Positions 1 to 13,559 of a DNA stretch of 64,000 nt are shown piece by piece. A model generated the notes under the pieces. The model was not told where the DNA came from and made no database searches. It saw only the letters and a program-made list of their open reading frames with translations. The stretch comes from Eledone cirrhosa. Taxonomy: Eukaryota. The stretch is from contig OZ024747.1 in NCBI GenBank assembly GCA_964016885.1, positions 46,562,001 to 46,626,000 of the forward strand, given 5' to 3'. The position numbers were made by a program, and so were the translations under genes. The stretch's first letter is position 1. Every line of letters begins with the position of its first letter.

Positions 1-277
1 GACGTACAGTACTATGTATATATATATATATACATACATGCACACATATATATATGTACGTATGGATTCACCGAACATTTATTATAATGCTCGGTGAGCA
101 TTATAATAAATGTTCGGTGAATCCATACGTGCATATATATGTGTGTGCATGTATGTATATATATATACATACTACTGTACGTCTGTATATATATATATGT
201 ATGTACGTATACATACTTATATTTAAGTAGCAGCCGTACTAAGAGTGAGAAATGAAATTTCGTTTCATTTTTTCTCT
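1..277. mobile_element. Family A HHR-repeat remnant forming a fold-back palindrome centred at ~94
   Basis: ttataatgctc-ggt-gagcattataa; arms 1-92 and 96-183 are reverse complements; sequence matches 17583-18190 and 54502-54951. Confidence 0.85.
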
Positions 278-283
278 TTATAT

Positions 284-316
<33 letters not shown>

Positions 317-499
317 AATATATATATATATGGGGGGGGGGGGGGGGGTGAGTGTGTGTGCGTGTGTGTTCTACATTTTATCTTTAAAGAATAATTAATA
401 TCAAAACAGTCATTCCGAACATGTCTACACCCTCCACACGCACCTCCACACACACATACACACATTACACACACATATATATATATATATATATATGTG

Positions 500-715
500 A
501 AGGCGTGTGGCTGAGTAGTTAGAGAATTGGATTTGTAATCGTGAGGTTGTGAGTTCGATTCACGGACCGGGCGATGCGTTATGTCCTTGAGCAAGACACT
601 TTATTTCACGTTACTCTTCTACCTGGAGTTGCGACCGATAGATAGTATTAGCAATTCGAAAGACCAACGGAAACATTGTTTCCTCTGTACGATTTGACAA
701 AATTCGTTCGACTTT
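500..715 (+). mobile_element. tRNA-derived SINE (CORE-like)
   Basis: A box tggctgagtagtta, B box gagttcgattc, then tccttgagcaagacactt; second copy at 36945-37161 (-) and fragment at 31862-31930. Confidence 0.8.
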
Positions 716-1243
716 CGGTATATATTTATACAAATTTAAATAAGTTTAAATATTTAGAAGCCCGGCAATTCGTGCGAGATTAAAAGTGCCAAGGTAATAG
801 GAGTTAGAGAAGAGAGTGACAACTATAGAATTTGACCTCAGCAATTTTATTGATCTCAAATATTTTCGGATTTACAATCGGTTATCAAGAGAATCCGTAT
901 GCAGGGGTTTAGAGAGTACTCGGAAAAGAATTGCGGATGGCTGGTAGAAGGAATATATACAGTATATATATAATTATTAACGTTGTGTAAGCCTTAAAAT
1001 AATTCCTATATATGAAGAGATATAAGGGAGTGTTAAAAACTTAGTATATATAAATTAAATATAATTTTTTTACTAATATATGTTGAGTACCTATTTAATA
1101 CTCTATTAATCTTGTAATATGAAACACCAAGAATAAATTGTGCAACGTTCTAAACGCAGATACACAGCTAACAATTAGTGAGAAAGATCCCCCACACACA
1201 CACACACTCACACACATATATATATAAATGTGTATATTTCCTG

Positions 1244-1365
1244 TAGAAATAGCTTCTACAGGATTAGAACTGTTTCATTCTAAGAAAATCACCAGGAAAG
1301 CCGACTGTCAATGTGCTAAGGTGGTATTTATACATTTTCTAGTCCTGTAGAAGTCATTTCTATAT
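1244..1365 (-). mobile_element. Degenerate HHR repeat (same family as 20152-20196 and 32123-32244) with partial inverted repeat
   Basis: minus strand ttcCTGGTGA ttttcttagaat GAAACAG..CTGTA gaa; inverted ttctagtcctgtagaag near 1336-1352. Confidence 0.55.
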
Positions 1366-1481
1366 CAAATAGTTGTTCTCTGATATGTATTGAGTACCTT
1401 ACTTACTGTGGTTATTCCCGATTGAACCTGGGATACACACACGCACACACACACGCGCGCACAGACACACACGCATACGCA

Positions 1482-1514
<33 letters not shown>

Positions 1515-1629
1515 GCGCGCGATTATTATAATTGTTTGTTTCAATATTTTACACGACTGTATGTAAAATCCCCGGCATGTATCTTTGTATTGTCCCCTTT
1601 TCTTGTTCGCCCTTGTGGCAAATAAAGAA

Positions 1630-1659
<30 letters not shown>

Positions 1660-1660
<1 letters not shown>

Positions 1661-2304
1661 CAAAAGTCCCTGGCCTGGCAGTGCTACCGAGGAGCTCTAC
1701 CAGTTCGAGACAAGCTCTACGGACATGGGCGTCCGGGCAGGGACCCTGCAAAAAAAATCTGTCCAAGGTGCGTGCGTAACAAAGAAACCGTCGCGCACGC
1801 ATTCATACATTGCCCGGGCGTCACTGACCTGTGGGGCTATGTAGAACGACTATTGTCGCGGGTGGGACCAATCCGGTTGACCACCGAGTCCATTGTCATG
1901 ATCAAACCGCCACCCTCCTTCAAAAACGAAGGAGAGGCGGTTTTCCTTTGTGTGATAGCTATGGCGAAAGAGGTTGTATGGTGGACAAGGTTGAAAGGGC
2001 TGAGGTCAGACACCTTTCTCTCCGGCCAACAACTGATTCTTTTTTTCAAATACCACTTTGGAAGAAGAATCAGGATGGAGAGAGAGGTGCTGTACCCCAG
2101 CAAACTCTTCGTACTCCTGGAGATGAGGGTTGCACATTTTTTCGGGGGTATGTGTTACCCATATGAACTGTCTCCCCCTATTGGGGAAAATCGACTAATT
2201 TTTTAAATTGCATTTGATAACATTTTACACGTTTTTATTGTATGTAAACTTCCCCCTTTGTATTTGTCCCATTCTTTTGTGCCCCTGTGGCTAATAAAGA
2301 AACA

Positions 2305-2345
<41 letters not shown>
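1660..2345 (+). mobile_element. Tx1/L1-clade LINE 3' fragment, copy 1, with (ATCT)n tail
   Basis: ORF2 C-terminal zinc knuckle CPRC..ETVAHAFIHC (zf-RVT-like); internal deletion at ~2103 relative to copy 2; aataaa followed by (ATCT)n. Confidence 0.85.
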
Positions 2346-2347
<2 letters not shown>

Positions 2348-2364
2348 ACACTATATATATATAC

Positions 2365-3470
2365 ACCTTCAGGTATTCCTCTCCGGTCAACCGGTGTGGG
2401 CCCCGTTTGTGAGGCGAGCCTTTCCCAGACTCGTCTCACTCACCGAGCTGCAATCCTGGGTCAAGCAAAGACCGAGAAAACTGGGCGCCTGGCACACAGA
2501 GTGTGCCTAGGCGCTCACGGCTCTCTGGCAGGCGGACCCGGCTGTCAGTGGAGAATCCACCTCGTCATTCTATAGAGGGCTGGTGGTTAGCAGGTGCGAC
2601 GACGCCCTCGGAGAAGCCCTAGGCATGGAGGAAGACGAACTGGCCAACCTGTTCGGTAGGACATTCAGCCCGGGACCCATGGATAACTTCCAGAGGTCCC
2701 TGGCCTGGCAGTGCTACCGAGGAGCTCTACCAGTTCGAGACAAGCTCTACAGACATGGGCGCCCGGGCAGGGACCCTGCAAAAAAGATCTGTCCGAGGTG
2801 CGTGCGAGACGAAGAAACCGTCGCGCACGCATTCATACACTGCCCGGGCGTCACTGACCTGTGGGGCTATGTAGAACGACTATTGTCGCGGGTGGGACCA
2901 ATCCAGTTGACCACCGAGTCCATTGTCATGATCAAACCGCCACCCTCCTTCAAAAACGAAGGAGAGGCGGTTTTCCTTTGTGTGATAGCTATGGCGAAAG
3001 AGGTTGTATGGTGGACAAGGTTGAAAGGGCTGAGGTCAGACACCTTTCTCTCCGGCCAACAACTGATTCTTTTTTTCAAATACCACTTTGGAAGAAGAAT
3101 CAGGATGGAGAGAGAAGTGCTGTACCCCAGCAAGTTTTATGAAAGGTGGGTGAAAGTGGCGAGAATGGCCCGAGTGAATGGGCCTTCTCTCTATATCAGC
3201 CTGTAGGTTGAGGAAAAGGAGGAGGAGAGGAAAGGAGTACAAGCTCTTCGTACTCCTGGAGATGAGGGTTGCACATTTTTTTCGGGGGTCTGTGTTACCC
3301 ATATAAACTGTCTCCCTCTATTGGGGAAAATCGACTAACTTTTAAATTCCATCTGTGATAACATTTTACACGTTTTTATTGTATGTAAACTTCCCCCTTT
3401 GTATTTGTCCCCTTCTTTTGTGCCCCTGTGGCTAATAAAGAAATATATCTATCTATCTATCTATCTATCT
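2365..3470 (+). mobile_element. Tx1/L1-clade LINE 3' fragment, copy 2 (ORF 2583-3206)
   Basis: LAWQCYRGALPVR...CPRC..ETVAHAFIHC...C-terminus; 3' UTR and (ATCT)n tail. Confidence 0.85.
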
Positions 3471-3489
3471 ATACACTATATATATATAC

Positions 3490-4600
3490 ACCTTCAGGTA
3501 TTCCTCTCCGGTCAACCGGTGTGGGCCCCGTTTGTGAGGCGAGCCTTTCCCAGACTCGTCTCACTCACCGAGCTGCAATCCTGGGTCAAGCAAAGACCGA
3601 GAAAACTGGGCGCCTGGCACACAGAGTGTGCCTAGGCGCTCACGGCTCTCTGGCAGGCGGACCCGGCTGTCAGTGGAGAATCCACCTCGTCATTCTATAG
3701 AGGGCTGGTGGTTAGCAGGTGCGACGACGCCCTCGGAGAAGCCCTAGGCATGGAGGAAGACGAACTGGCCAACCTGTTCGGTAGGACATTCAGCCCGGGA
3801 CCCATGGATAACTTCCAGAGGTCCCTGGCCTGGCAATGCTACAGAAGGGCTCTGCCCGTTCGAGAAAGGCTCTACAGACACGGGCGCCCGGGTAGGGACC
3901 AATCGAAAAAGATCTGTCCCAGATGCGTGTGTGACGAGGAAACCGTTGCACACGCATTGGTACACTGCTCGGGCATTGCCGATCTGTGGGGCTATGTCGA
4001 ACAACTGCTGTCAAGGGTGGGACCGATCCGGTTGACCACCGAGTCTATTGTAACGATAAAGCCGCCTCCCCTCTTCAAAAACGAAGGAGAGGCGGTGTTT
4101 CTGTTCGTAATAGCCATGGCGAAAGAGGTTGTATGGTGGACGCGTCTGAAAGGACTGAGGTCAGACACCTTTCTCTCTGGCCAACAACTGGTCCGTTTCT
4201 TCCGATATCATTTCGGAAGAAGGATCAGGATGGAGAGAGAGGTGCTGCACCCCAGCCGTTTCTATGAAAGATGAGTGAAAGTGGCGAGAATGGCCCGTGT
4301 GAATGGGCCTTCACTCTACATCAGACTAAAGGTGAGGAAGATGAAAGACCAAGGGAGCACCCCTTCTCTGTGCTCCTGAGGAGAAGGGTTGCACACTTTT
4401 TTCGGGGGTGTGTGCGACCCCCCAAGGCGCCTCCTCGCTATTGAGGACTTTGTTATAAATTTTATTTTTTGTTATATTTTATTTTATTTTTATATATTGT
4501 TATTGCCTCCTCCTTATTGAGGACGCCTTGTTTTGTAAACTCCCCCCATTGTACTTGTCCCACTTTTGATGCCCTGGTGGCAAATAAAAGAAACATATCT
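3490..4600 (+). mobile_element. Tx1/L1-clade LINE 3' fragment, copy 3 (ORF 3708-4274), divergent 3' half
   Basis: Same zinc knuckle; matches copy 2 up to ~3834 and then diverges, with a different 3' UTR. Confidence 0.85.
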
Positions 4601-5046
4601 ATATATATATACACATATTTATTAATCTCTTCATTTTTATTTGTATTCTATTGTTTTTAAAACCAATAATAATTGTTACAGCAATTAAAGCGACACTAAT
4701 TGTTCTATTGACCCCATTCTTCTAATTATTAACGACCTAATTCTAGAACAATTATACCAATTATAAAATAAATGAAAGCATTTTCGAAATCAGCAGAAGA
4801 CGGTGAGTATGTATAATGCGAGGATTAGATTGAAATATTGTTGTTTACCTGTAACCAATCAGATCTATGACAAAGATTATCGTTGAAATGTATGTTCGTT
4901 GTGCGTTTGTTTGCGTATGTTGGGTCACGGAAAGTAGAAACTGTGCGGAAACCGGCTGGTGGATTTTCGTATAAATGTAGTGGTTATTTTTGACATTAGC
5001 TGAGTCACACCCATATCGTCTCATGAATGTAGTACAATTAAAAAGT

Positions 5047-5230
5047 TACCGTATTTCCTGGGGCCGAAGACGCTTCGCCCTCGAGGACGCACCCTACTTT
5101 TGATAACCAAAAATTTGAAAAATAATTTCAAAAAAAATAACAAACAACGTTTGGCCTCCAGGACGCATCGTAGATTTTTGAAACTTATTTTAGGAAAAAA
5201 GTAGCATCTTCGACGCCGGTAAATACAGTA
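5047..5230. mobile_element. Tc1/pogo-type MITE
   Basis: Imperfect terminal inverted repeats taccgtatttcctggggccgaagacgc / gcatcttcgacgccggtaaatacagta with TA ends. Confidence 0.65.
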
Positions 5231-5467
5231 GGTAATATCATTAACAAAAAAAATAAACATCATCGAAATCGATGGAAAATATTTATAACACAGACACAGA
5301 CACACGCACACACAAACACACACACACACACATATACAGATATATATATATATACAAAATTATTTGAAGGAAATTGGCAATTACAACCTATATATCTCTC
5401 TCCACTCTCCTTTGAGATTTGATTGTATACTTCCACTTTATAATATATATATATATATATATATAAT

Positions 5468-5552
<85 letters not shown>

Positions 5553-5739
5553 ACCTTGAGCTGATCAGTGGTGAAACGCGCGTCACCAACCAATAAATGT
5601 AATGAAGGAGTAACCAATCGTCCTTGTTACGTTTTCACTATAATACACTCTGTCTAGCTCTACACCTCGACACTGAAGTAAACCTAAACATCTAGTGCTC
5701 ACCCGGGTGAACCTACAGTAACTCCAAGTTACACTCACT

Positions 5740-5786
<47 letters not shown>

Positions 5787-5879
5787 CAAAAGGGATATTC
5801 AATTCGTTTGTAGTTCAAGAAATATAAATGTTTATAACTGATTTAGAGCACTCGACAGTTTTTCAGGAGTATAATATTC

Positions 5880-6139
5880 AATGATATTAAATAAATGGAA
5901 ACTATATGTATAAAACCATATTTATTCTATTATATATATTTCAAGGGTACCAAAACTTTGGTACGCTTTCATAAGATAAAATACAAAGTTTGTTTTATAA
6001 ATTTTGACATAACCAAGAAAAGATACCTTAACGGTTCAAGTTTTCCTTGGATATCTAAGGAAAACCAAAGTGAAATATATATAATAGAATAAATATGGTT
6101 TTATAAATATAGTTTCCATTTATTTTATTTAATATCATC

Positions 6140-6140
<1 letters not shown>
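5880..6140. mobile_element. HHR-family fragment with inverted arms (family of 18698-18915)
   Basis: ataaatggaaactatat..tatttca mirrored at ~6071-6123; degenerate core cttatga..gtaccaaagttttggtac..gaaat on the minus strand. Confidence 0.6.
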
Positions 6141-6199
<59 letters not shown>

Positions 6200-6412
6200 A
6201 TATATATACGTGGAAAAGTAAGAAATAGGAGAACAGACCGTTAATACATGTTTATTTAAAACAGCATCTACGTACGTTTCGGCCGGATGGGCTTCTCATG
6301 GGCATAAATAACTAAAAGTGTTCCTTACATGGCCCGGAAAGTGTTTTGGGAGGTAAGTTCACGTCAGAGTTCATTCTTCGCAAAAAAAGCGTGCTTTGAT
6401 TTTCCAGTAGGT

Positions 6413-6455
<43 letters not shown>

Positions 6456-6518
6456 GAAAATCGGCCTTGCGGATCAAAAGTTGCTGCGGAACACACACAC
6501 ACACGCACACACACACAC

Positions 6519-6581
<63 letters not shown>

Positions 6582-7312
6582 TTTTCATTTTTATAGATAT
6601 ACTAGCTGAATGACCCGGCGTTGCCCGGGTTACTGCTGTTTTTATTCAGATTAGGAAACAATAAATATGAAGAATTTTTTTTCTCATATTCACTTTACAT
6701 TAAATATGTCAAAGTTGTCATGATAATAGAATTTAGAAATGAAAAGCTCTTCAACCCGGTTTTACCATCTTCTTTTCTCAACCAAGAAACCAACAAAAAT
6801 CACAAAAAGGGAACACAAAAAAAATATATATATATTAAGAATAGCAAACAGAAATCGTAATAAATTTTCTGTCGAAAACAAAAAACAGCCAAAAAACAGT
6901 TTTTTTTTAACGGATGATAAAGTACTGTAAAGTTGTTGGAAGAGCCTGATAGAATGAGATGAGCAACAGCCAGAAGCACAGCAGCAGCAGCATTTCAAAC
7001 TGTCCACCATTTAGAGTCGTAATCTTCAGTTTCGATATCAGATTTATGAGAGAGGTATATCGATTTTTTTTGCGTAATTGGGGATCAATTATAAATATAT
7101 AAATTCTGCATGACCTAATTGAAGCTATTTCGAATATTGATAAGTAATTTTCCATTGAAGGAGGTGTTTTTTTTTAATCGTATAGAAAAGGAACATGCAC
7201 ACACACTAGCTTTTATAGATAATGATATATATATATCTGTATGTGAGTGTGTGTATGTGTTTGTATATATATAAACTCTTTTTGTGTTAAATCATCTCAG
7301 TGGTAATGCACG

Positions 7313-9465
7313 TTACCGGACCTCTTTGTAGACTATGTTGCGGGTCATACCGTTGGGTGTGTATGAAAAAAGGGATTCCTTACACCCAACTCGCGAGCAG
7401 GCAACATAAAGTTGGCCATGAGCAAAGCAGGGCTCTTTTAGATGAATGCTCGCCACGGACAAAGTTTGACCCTGAGATTTGTTTATGGTGATCGCGAAGC
7501 AAGGCCTTACGGGAAACTGATGTCGCCTGAAACCTATCGGGATGTCCGTGGTCGAAGGTTGGATGCTTAGCCTTGGGATCATGACGGTCTCACCTTTACC
7601 ACAACCAGTTAAAATGGTTGCTTCAATGAGATGGTTCGTCATTGATTTGACTACCATTCGAGTGCCATTGCACTGTTTTGGGGGCGCATGTTACGCATAA
7701 GCATAATCGGACTGCCGACCTTGAGCTTCAGGATGTGGGGTGGGAGACCTGGGGGTCAAGGCTATTCAAAATCTCTACTGGGTAATCCGTCGCCTCCTGT
7801 GGATTGGTGACGCGGTCTATAGACTTACAAATTTTCTCTTGGGCTGGAATCTTGCCGAGTAGCTCTTCGTTGAGAGCATTAACAGCAGAGTTTTTGGGGG
7901 ATAGGATGGTTCTTGAACTAAGCCAATCTAAGTTAGTGTAGTTAACCTGTAGATTTGGAAAAACAGCTTTTAAAAGGGCCTGAGGACTGTCAACTGTATT
8001 ACAAACAGATGCCAGCGACACCTCACCCTTTTCGTTGGAAGGAAGTCGGCCTTCCCCTATAGCTAGGATGGCCTGGCCGAATTCAGCAGACGTGCTGTCC
8101 CCGAGCAACTGCGCCCGCATGTTAACGCTCAGGCGGAGTGTCCGAACGATAGGCCAAAGCGTCGACGACTTCAGGTATGCGCGGACTTTATCAGCCTTTG
8201 TCCCTTTGGGGATAACAGGCAGCGTTTGGATGAAGTCACCCGAAAGCAGTAAAGTCACGCCACCCAAGGGTACCGAGGAGTTCCTGATATCTTTTAAACT
8301 CCTATCTAATGCCTACAGAGCACCCTTATGTGCCGTGGTGCATTCGTCCCACACAATGAGGCAACATTTTGCGAGAAGTGCCGCTTTGTCGGAGTGCTTG
8401 CTAATGTTGCACGTCAGCGTATCAGTTCGTGCGAGGTCCAACGGAAGCTTAAAGGCAGCATGAGCCGTCTTCCCTCCAGGCAGCAAGGTAGCGGCGATCC
8501 CCGATGAGGCGACCGCAAAGGCAATCTTTTTTTGTTGTCGAAGACGCGCCAAAATGAGGGAGGTAACGAAGGTTTTGCCTGTACCGCCAGAGGCATCAAG
8601 AAATAAGACACAACCTAATCCACCCAGTGCACTGTCAACGACAGTCTTATAAGCAACCCTTTGCCCGGGAAGAAGCTTACGTTCATTTTCATCTAGGAAA
8701 GTTGTCAACATGGCGACATCGTAAGATGTCTCCAACAGAATATCTAGACCCAGCACACTAACATTTTCCCTGCTGGCGGCTGGCAAGCCGTATGTTGGCA
8801 AGTCATTCCCCCCCTAGTTGAAGGAGCTCTTCTTGGATGGAAATTAGCCCTTGGTTGTAAATCATTTCGCTGAACCCCACTTCTAAAGACGGATTTTGCC
8901 GTTTGGCTGTGCGGAGGAAGTCCTCGCACAAATCGTCCCTGTACTTCAGCCAAAGGGATGAAGGGTTAGCTAAGCCACAATTGTGCAGCAAAAAGGCAAA
9001 CAGTTCCCTTAATTTCTGTGGGGATTTCAGCAGAGCACCATCGGCGAGGGTCGAGTCCCATTGGGAGTCATCTTCCAAGAGACCAAGCCTAAAGCAGGCT
9101 TCTCGAAAAGTGTTGCAAAGTTCCCCGTTTACTGTTTTTAAGTCAAAGAAACCTTGCGGCCCCTTGACCTCGTGCAGAAGAATGCGCAGGTGAAAGCACT
9201 CAGGTTGGGTTGAGGGAACCGTGTAGACTCTACCGAGGCAGTCAGAAAATTTTACTCCTGGATGCGATTCAACTGCCTTACTAGTTTTTCGCCGTACCCA
9301 GCTATTGCGGCGCCAAGTGAAGTAGGACGGCACCTGAGGGTAAATTAGAGTTCTCGCAAAAGCGTCTACGTGACAGAGATTAAAGAAAGCGGTTAACGTG
9401 GTTTCTTTGGGGTTAGCCGCAACTTGAGCAGCATTTGCGGCCGTAAAGTAAACCCGCTGTCCGTT
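7313..9465 (-). pseudogene. Helitron RepHel, Pif1-family helicase portion with stops and frameshifts
   Basis: Walker A GGTGKT, Walker B IVWDE, GDFIQTLPV, FAITINKSQGQT, HGQLYVACSRV spread over ORFs 8803-9333, 8313-8801, 7728-8267 and 7313-7657. Confidence 0.93.
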
Positions 9466-12123
9466 CTATAAGTGGACCGCCAGGTTTGTGATTTTGGGGT
9501 ACCTTTCATGGATAGAAAAACCAAAAATTCGCCAAAACGCTTCGTTTGTACTTATGTACCGGGCCGACAGGTCCCGGTCGGACTGGAGGGCGAATGCGGC
9601 GGAATCGCAGCCCTTGTTGACGTACTTGCAAACATATTTAATCGATTTAACTGAGCTACAGAATTCCACATTAATGTGGGCTTGGAACGTCGAAGTGAGA
9701 AGTGGACAATAGGGGACCACCCATCGATTGTCGACTTGCTTGCCCCTTACAATGGAAGTAAAACCACCGTCTTCAGGCGACCGGCGCCTGTACAGGGGAT
9801 AGCCGTCGTGCCCTGTCTGGGTCTCTGAAACAAATTTCCTAGGGTACCTCTTACTACAGATCCCGTCTTTCTGACACGAATGGTTAGAACCTGGATAACA
9901 GGGTCCGTGTATCATGGAAGTCGTGATGACGTCGAAGAGTTCTTTGTCGGTGGCAGGGTTGGGGATCTCTGCGCAGATAAATTTGTCGATGTCGTTGGAG
10001 TTGATCTTGTTCTGCAGCCACAGTAACAGATGAATGTGAGGCAGGCCCCGTTTCTGCCATTCTACGGTGTACGTATGGCATCTAGCAGGGCCGAAGATGT
10101 TGGCTTTTGCACAACATGCCTTCATTTTCTGTATGTTCCTCTCGAAAGCCCTCGCTATGAGGTCAAGGCGGTGGTGGTATGACTGCCCTAGAAGGAGTTC
10201 TCGGGTGATCTCATCCGCTTTCGGGTTGCACGTGAAGGTGATGAAGAGGTCAGGACGGCCGTAGGCCCGCACGTAGGTCATGGAGTCCTGAGTCCTCTCG
10301 TGCATGTACCGAGGTCCTCCAGTGAAGGTAGAAGGCAGGATGCAGACCTTGCCAATGTTTCGGGGATCCCCGTCGTTGGTCAAGCCGTCTCGCAGGTGTA
10401 TGTAGCTTTCGCTACGCAGTTGCTGCTGGTGGGTTCGAATGAAGGCCAGTCGTTCTGACTCCATCTTTGCTGCCATATCCACCGCAAATTGGTTCACTAG
10501 GTCCTGCGATCTGTGCAAACTGTTGAAACAGTTTCTCCGAGTTATGAGTCGGTATGCGTAAAATTCCTTGCAGGACACGGTTTTGGCGGCAGCAACGGAG
10601 GGCTGGTTTGGCTGGCAGTGTGGAATCTTGAAGTGGTAGCCGTCCTCGCCGCGGGGGAAAAGTAGAGGGCATTGGAGGCTGTCGTAGGATCCGTGTGTTT
10701 CGCGTATTCTGTGGAGGCCAGTTGCACAGTTGGATATGACGATATCCCGGGGGTTGTGCTGGTCTCCGTGAAGGACGACTGCCACCTCGTTGCACGCGGG
10801 CGCGTTGAATCGACGGGCGTGTTCTCCGGATGGTCTTTTGTCGGCATCGATGACAATGTTGAAGTTAGGCAGGTCAGTAGTCTCCAAGGCGTACTTGAAG
10901 CTCTGCACGTAGCTGTTTTCGGAGTGTAACATTTGCTGCAGCGCAAGGAGGACGTCTCTGTCCAGGTTCTTTCTAGTGTCATCAGCTGGGATGACAGATG
11001 AGCGCATGTCAGCCTGCTTGTTGTAGTCAGCTATGAAGTAAATTTGCAGGAAGGCGGGTTGCGCTGACGGCGCAGGATGTAGAGGACCGACATAGTGGTA
11101 AACCTGGCCCTGAACCTTAAAGGTTGGCATCCACCCGCTTTCTCGGACAATTTTGGCCCCGAACGAAGTCATCTGGAAGGCGCAGTTGTATTTCCTTATG
11201 TTGCCAAGGAAGTTTGTTGACGTAGAGGTCTCTCCGCTAAGAAGTTCTCGCAAAGGTTCTGGAGGGGCCGCCAAAGGAGGAAGTGAAACCTTCCCATTAG
11301 AGCAGCACAGGCCAGGTGGTTCTCCGGGCCACTTCTCTGCACCACAGAATTGGCATATGACATCCATCCTGCTTAGTTGAATGTCCGTACGGTCGGAGTA
11401 TTTTACTGTTGGATCGTAGTTGAAAGCCTTCATAAGCCAAAATGACTCATGTGGACTCGTTGTTCCTCTGGTGGTGTCTCTTCGTGCGTTGTTTGTGTCC
11501 AACCGAGCACGGTGGGCTGTTTGATGTTCTGCGGCACGGGAGGCGGCGGTGGATACAGCGTTCTGGGACATTCGGATGGCTGTCTGTATCTCGGTCTGGG
11601 ATGCTCTGGCAGCTGCGGTGGAGGCGGAGTCCTTGAACCTTCGGATGGCTGTCTGTATCTCGGTCTGGGATGCTCTGGCAGCTGCCTTGGAGGCGGAGTC
11701 CTTGGACCTTCGGATGGCTGTCTCCTGGTCGGTTTCTGCGGCACGGGAAGCGGCGGTTGAAGCAGCGTTCTTTGACCGTCTGGTGGCTGTTTGCTGTTTA
11801 GTTTCGGAGGCCCTTGCAGCAGCAGTTGCAGCATTCCTAGCCCTACGAAGAGCTCTTTGGCTGTCACTCTCTGCTGCCCTAGAAGCGGCTGTTGCAACTG
11901 CATTCCGACAATTACAAATGGCACGATTCGAAGCGGTAACCGTAGATAGAGAGGCGCTGGGTTGGGCTGTGCTAGGGGTACTTAAGTTTGAAAGCGAAGT
12001 AACAAGGGTTTTTGGCCAAAAATGCAGTCCGGCATCCGTAGACTGCTCATTCAATCGCCTCTTTTTTGAAACAACAGACGATGTTTTCCTACGGCTAAGG
12101 GTACTATTTCTTTTCAGTGGCAT
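9466..12123 (-). pseudogene. Helitron RepHel, Rep (HUH endonuclease) portion, 885 aa
   Basis: Motif 1 PDLFITFTCNP, HUH motif VEWQKRGLPHIHLL, Y2 motif KYVCKYVNKG, zinc finger CQFC..CC; ends at a premature TAG with in-frame continuation NGQRVYF. Confidence 0.95.
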
Positions 12124-13286
12124 GGTTGCAATAGTACAGTAAACAATAAAGGGGAAGCAGGTTTAGAACAAAGGCGAAGGTGATAAGCAGTATTTTGGGC
12201 AAGGTAAAAAAAAGTGACAAATTGTTACAATTTTAAGCAAGAAAAAGTAAACAAAAAACGTACTGGGAATGGCAAAGTCCAAAAGCGAGGTCACAAAATG
12301 TAATGCAGTGAGAGTGAAGCACACGTCTACACAGTAGCCTAACCAAGTAGCAAGTGTAGCGTTTGAAAACCCAAGCTTTGCAGGCCACTCAAATCAACGA
12401 TAAGAGTCTGCAGAATATTTTGATAGCAGTCTTGCCAAAACAGAATAAAAGCTGCCACCTCCAGCCGTCCATGAAATTTTTTTTTTGATTCAAGGCGAAA
12501 ATTTGTCCACTTCTCAACCGAAAGAAAGCAAAAACTGACTCAACTGGTGCCAGGTGGTCAGAACTGGCAGGAACTGGTTTGTGTCACGTGAAGCTGTAAC
12601 TATAGCAACAGTGGTTCCCTCGGTCTCAAAGACCAAAGTAAGTGGAGAGGGGAAGGTAATGTTACTGTAACACCAACAACGTCTCTCTCTATATTCCTCG
12701 CTCAATAAAGAAGGGGGAGGGGGAAAGTAATGTTACTATAGCAACAGTGGTTCGCTCACTGACCAAAGTGGAGAGGGGAATGTAATATTTCTGTGACACC
12801 CAAAACTTCTCTCTCTATCTTCCTCTCTCTCTCTACAGAAGGGGGAAGGGGAAGGTAATGTTACTATAAGACCTGTTATTCCTGTCTCTCTATATACGAA
12901 GTGGAGATTCGACCTCGAGCTTCACTCTCGACCGAATTTCGAAATGATTCGAGCACGTCAACAAAATTTAGACTCTTTTCTACCCATATTAGCAAAAAAC
13001 CGGGTCAAAAAACTCAAAAGGAAAAATTTTTCACGCGTGCATAAAATGCAACCTCATCTCCCGATTTCACCCAAAATAGACAAAAAGGTGGATTGCGGAC
13101 CCCTGGGATGGGCTATCAAAAACCAAAGTAGCCTAAGCAATGTAAAGGGTCACGAGGAGTGATGTATGCAAATTTGAGCGAGATCGGGCGAGCGGTGTAG
13201 ACGCCAACCTCGAATAATGTAGCATCCACACACACACAGACAAACACACATCCTCTGTTTTATATATATAGATATATAAATATATC

Positions 13287-13314
<28 letters not shown>

Positions 13315-13321
<7 letters not shown>

Positions 13322-13497
13322 GTTTGAATATGTGTAATAAGGCCAAGACAATGCAGGTATGGACATAGAAAAAAGAATGCAATAGTGAAAGATATTGATG
13401 TGAATTCGTCTTTCACCTTGAATTTATTTAAATGTCCTTAATTTTCGAGATAATATCTCTTCTTCGGAGGGAAGTAAAGGTCTCAAACCAGCGTCTT
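13315..13497 (-). mobile_element. Solo Penelope pLTR fragment with HHR at 13436-13471
   Basis: Matches 40125-40300; cctCCGAAGA agagatattatctc GAAAATTA agg. Confidence 0.75.
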
Positions 13498-13500
13498 TAT

Positions 13501-13503
13501 ATA

Positions 13504-13559
<56 letters not shown>

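Larger units (their letters stand above)
6602..13272 (-). mobile_element. Helitron, autonomous-type, degenerate
   Basis: 5' A|TCtatatatataaaac at 13272; 3' hairpin acccgggcaacgccgggt then CTAG|T at 6605-6602; RepHel coding sequence inside. The 3' end may belong to an adjacent small Helitron (6602-7225). Confidence 0.85.

Noticed and set aside
500-580. Possible tRNA gene
   Set aside because: A/B boxes run into a SINE body, are repeated elsewhere in the window, and give no convincing cloverleaf
11430-12142. Alternative-frame and antisense ORFs
   Set aside because: Shadows of the GC-rich repetitive RepHel N-terminus
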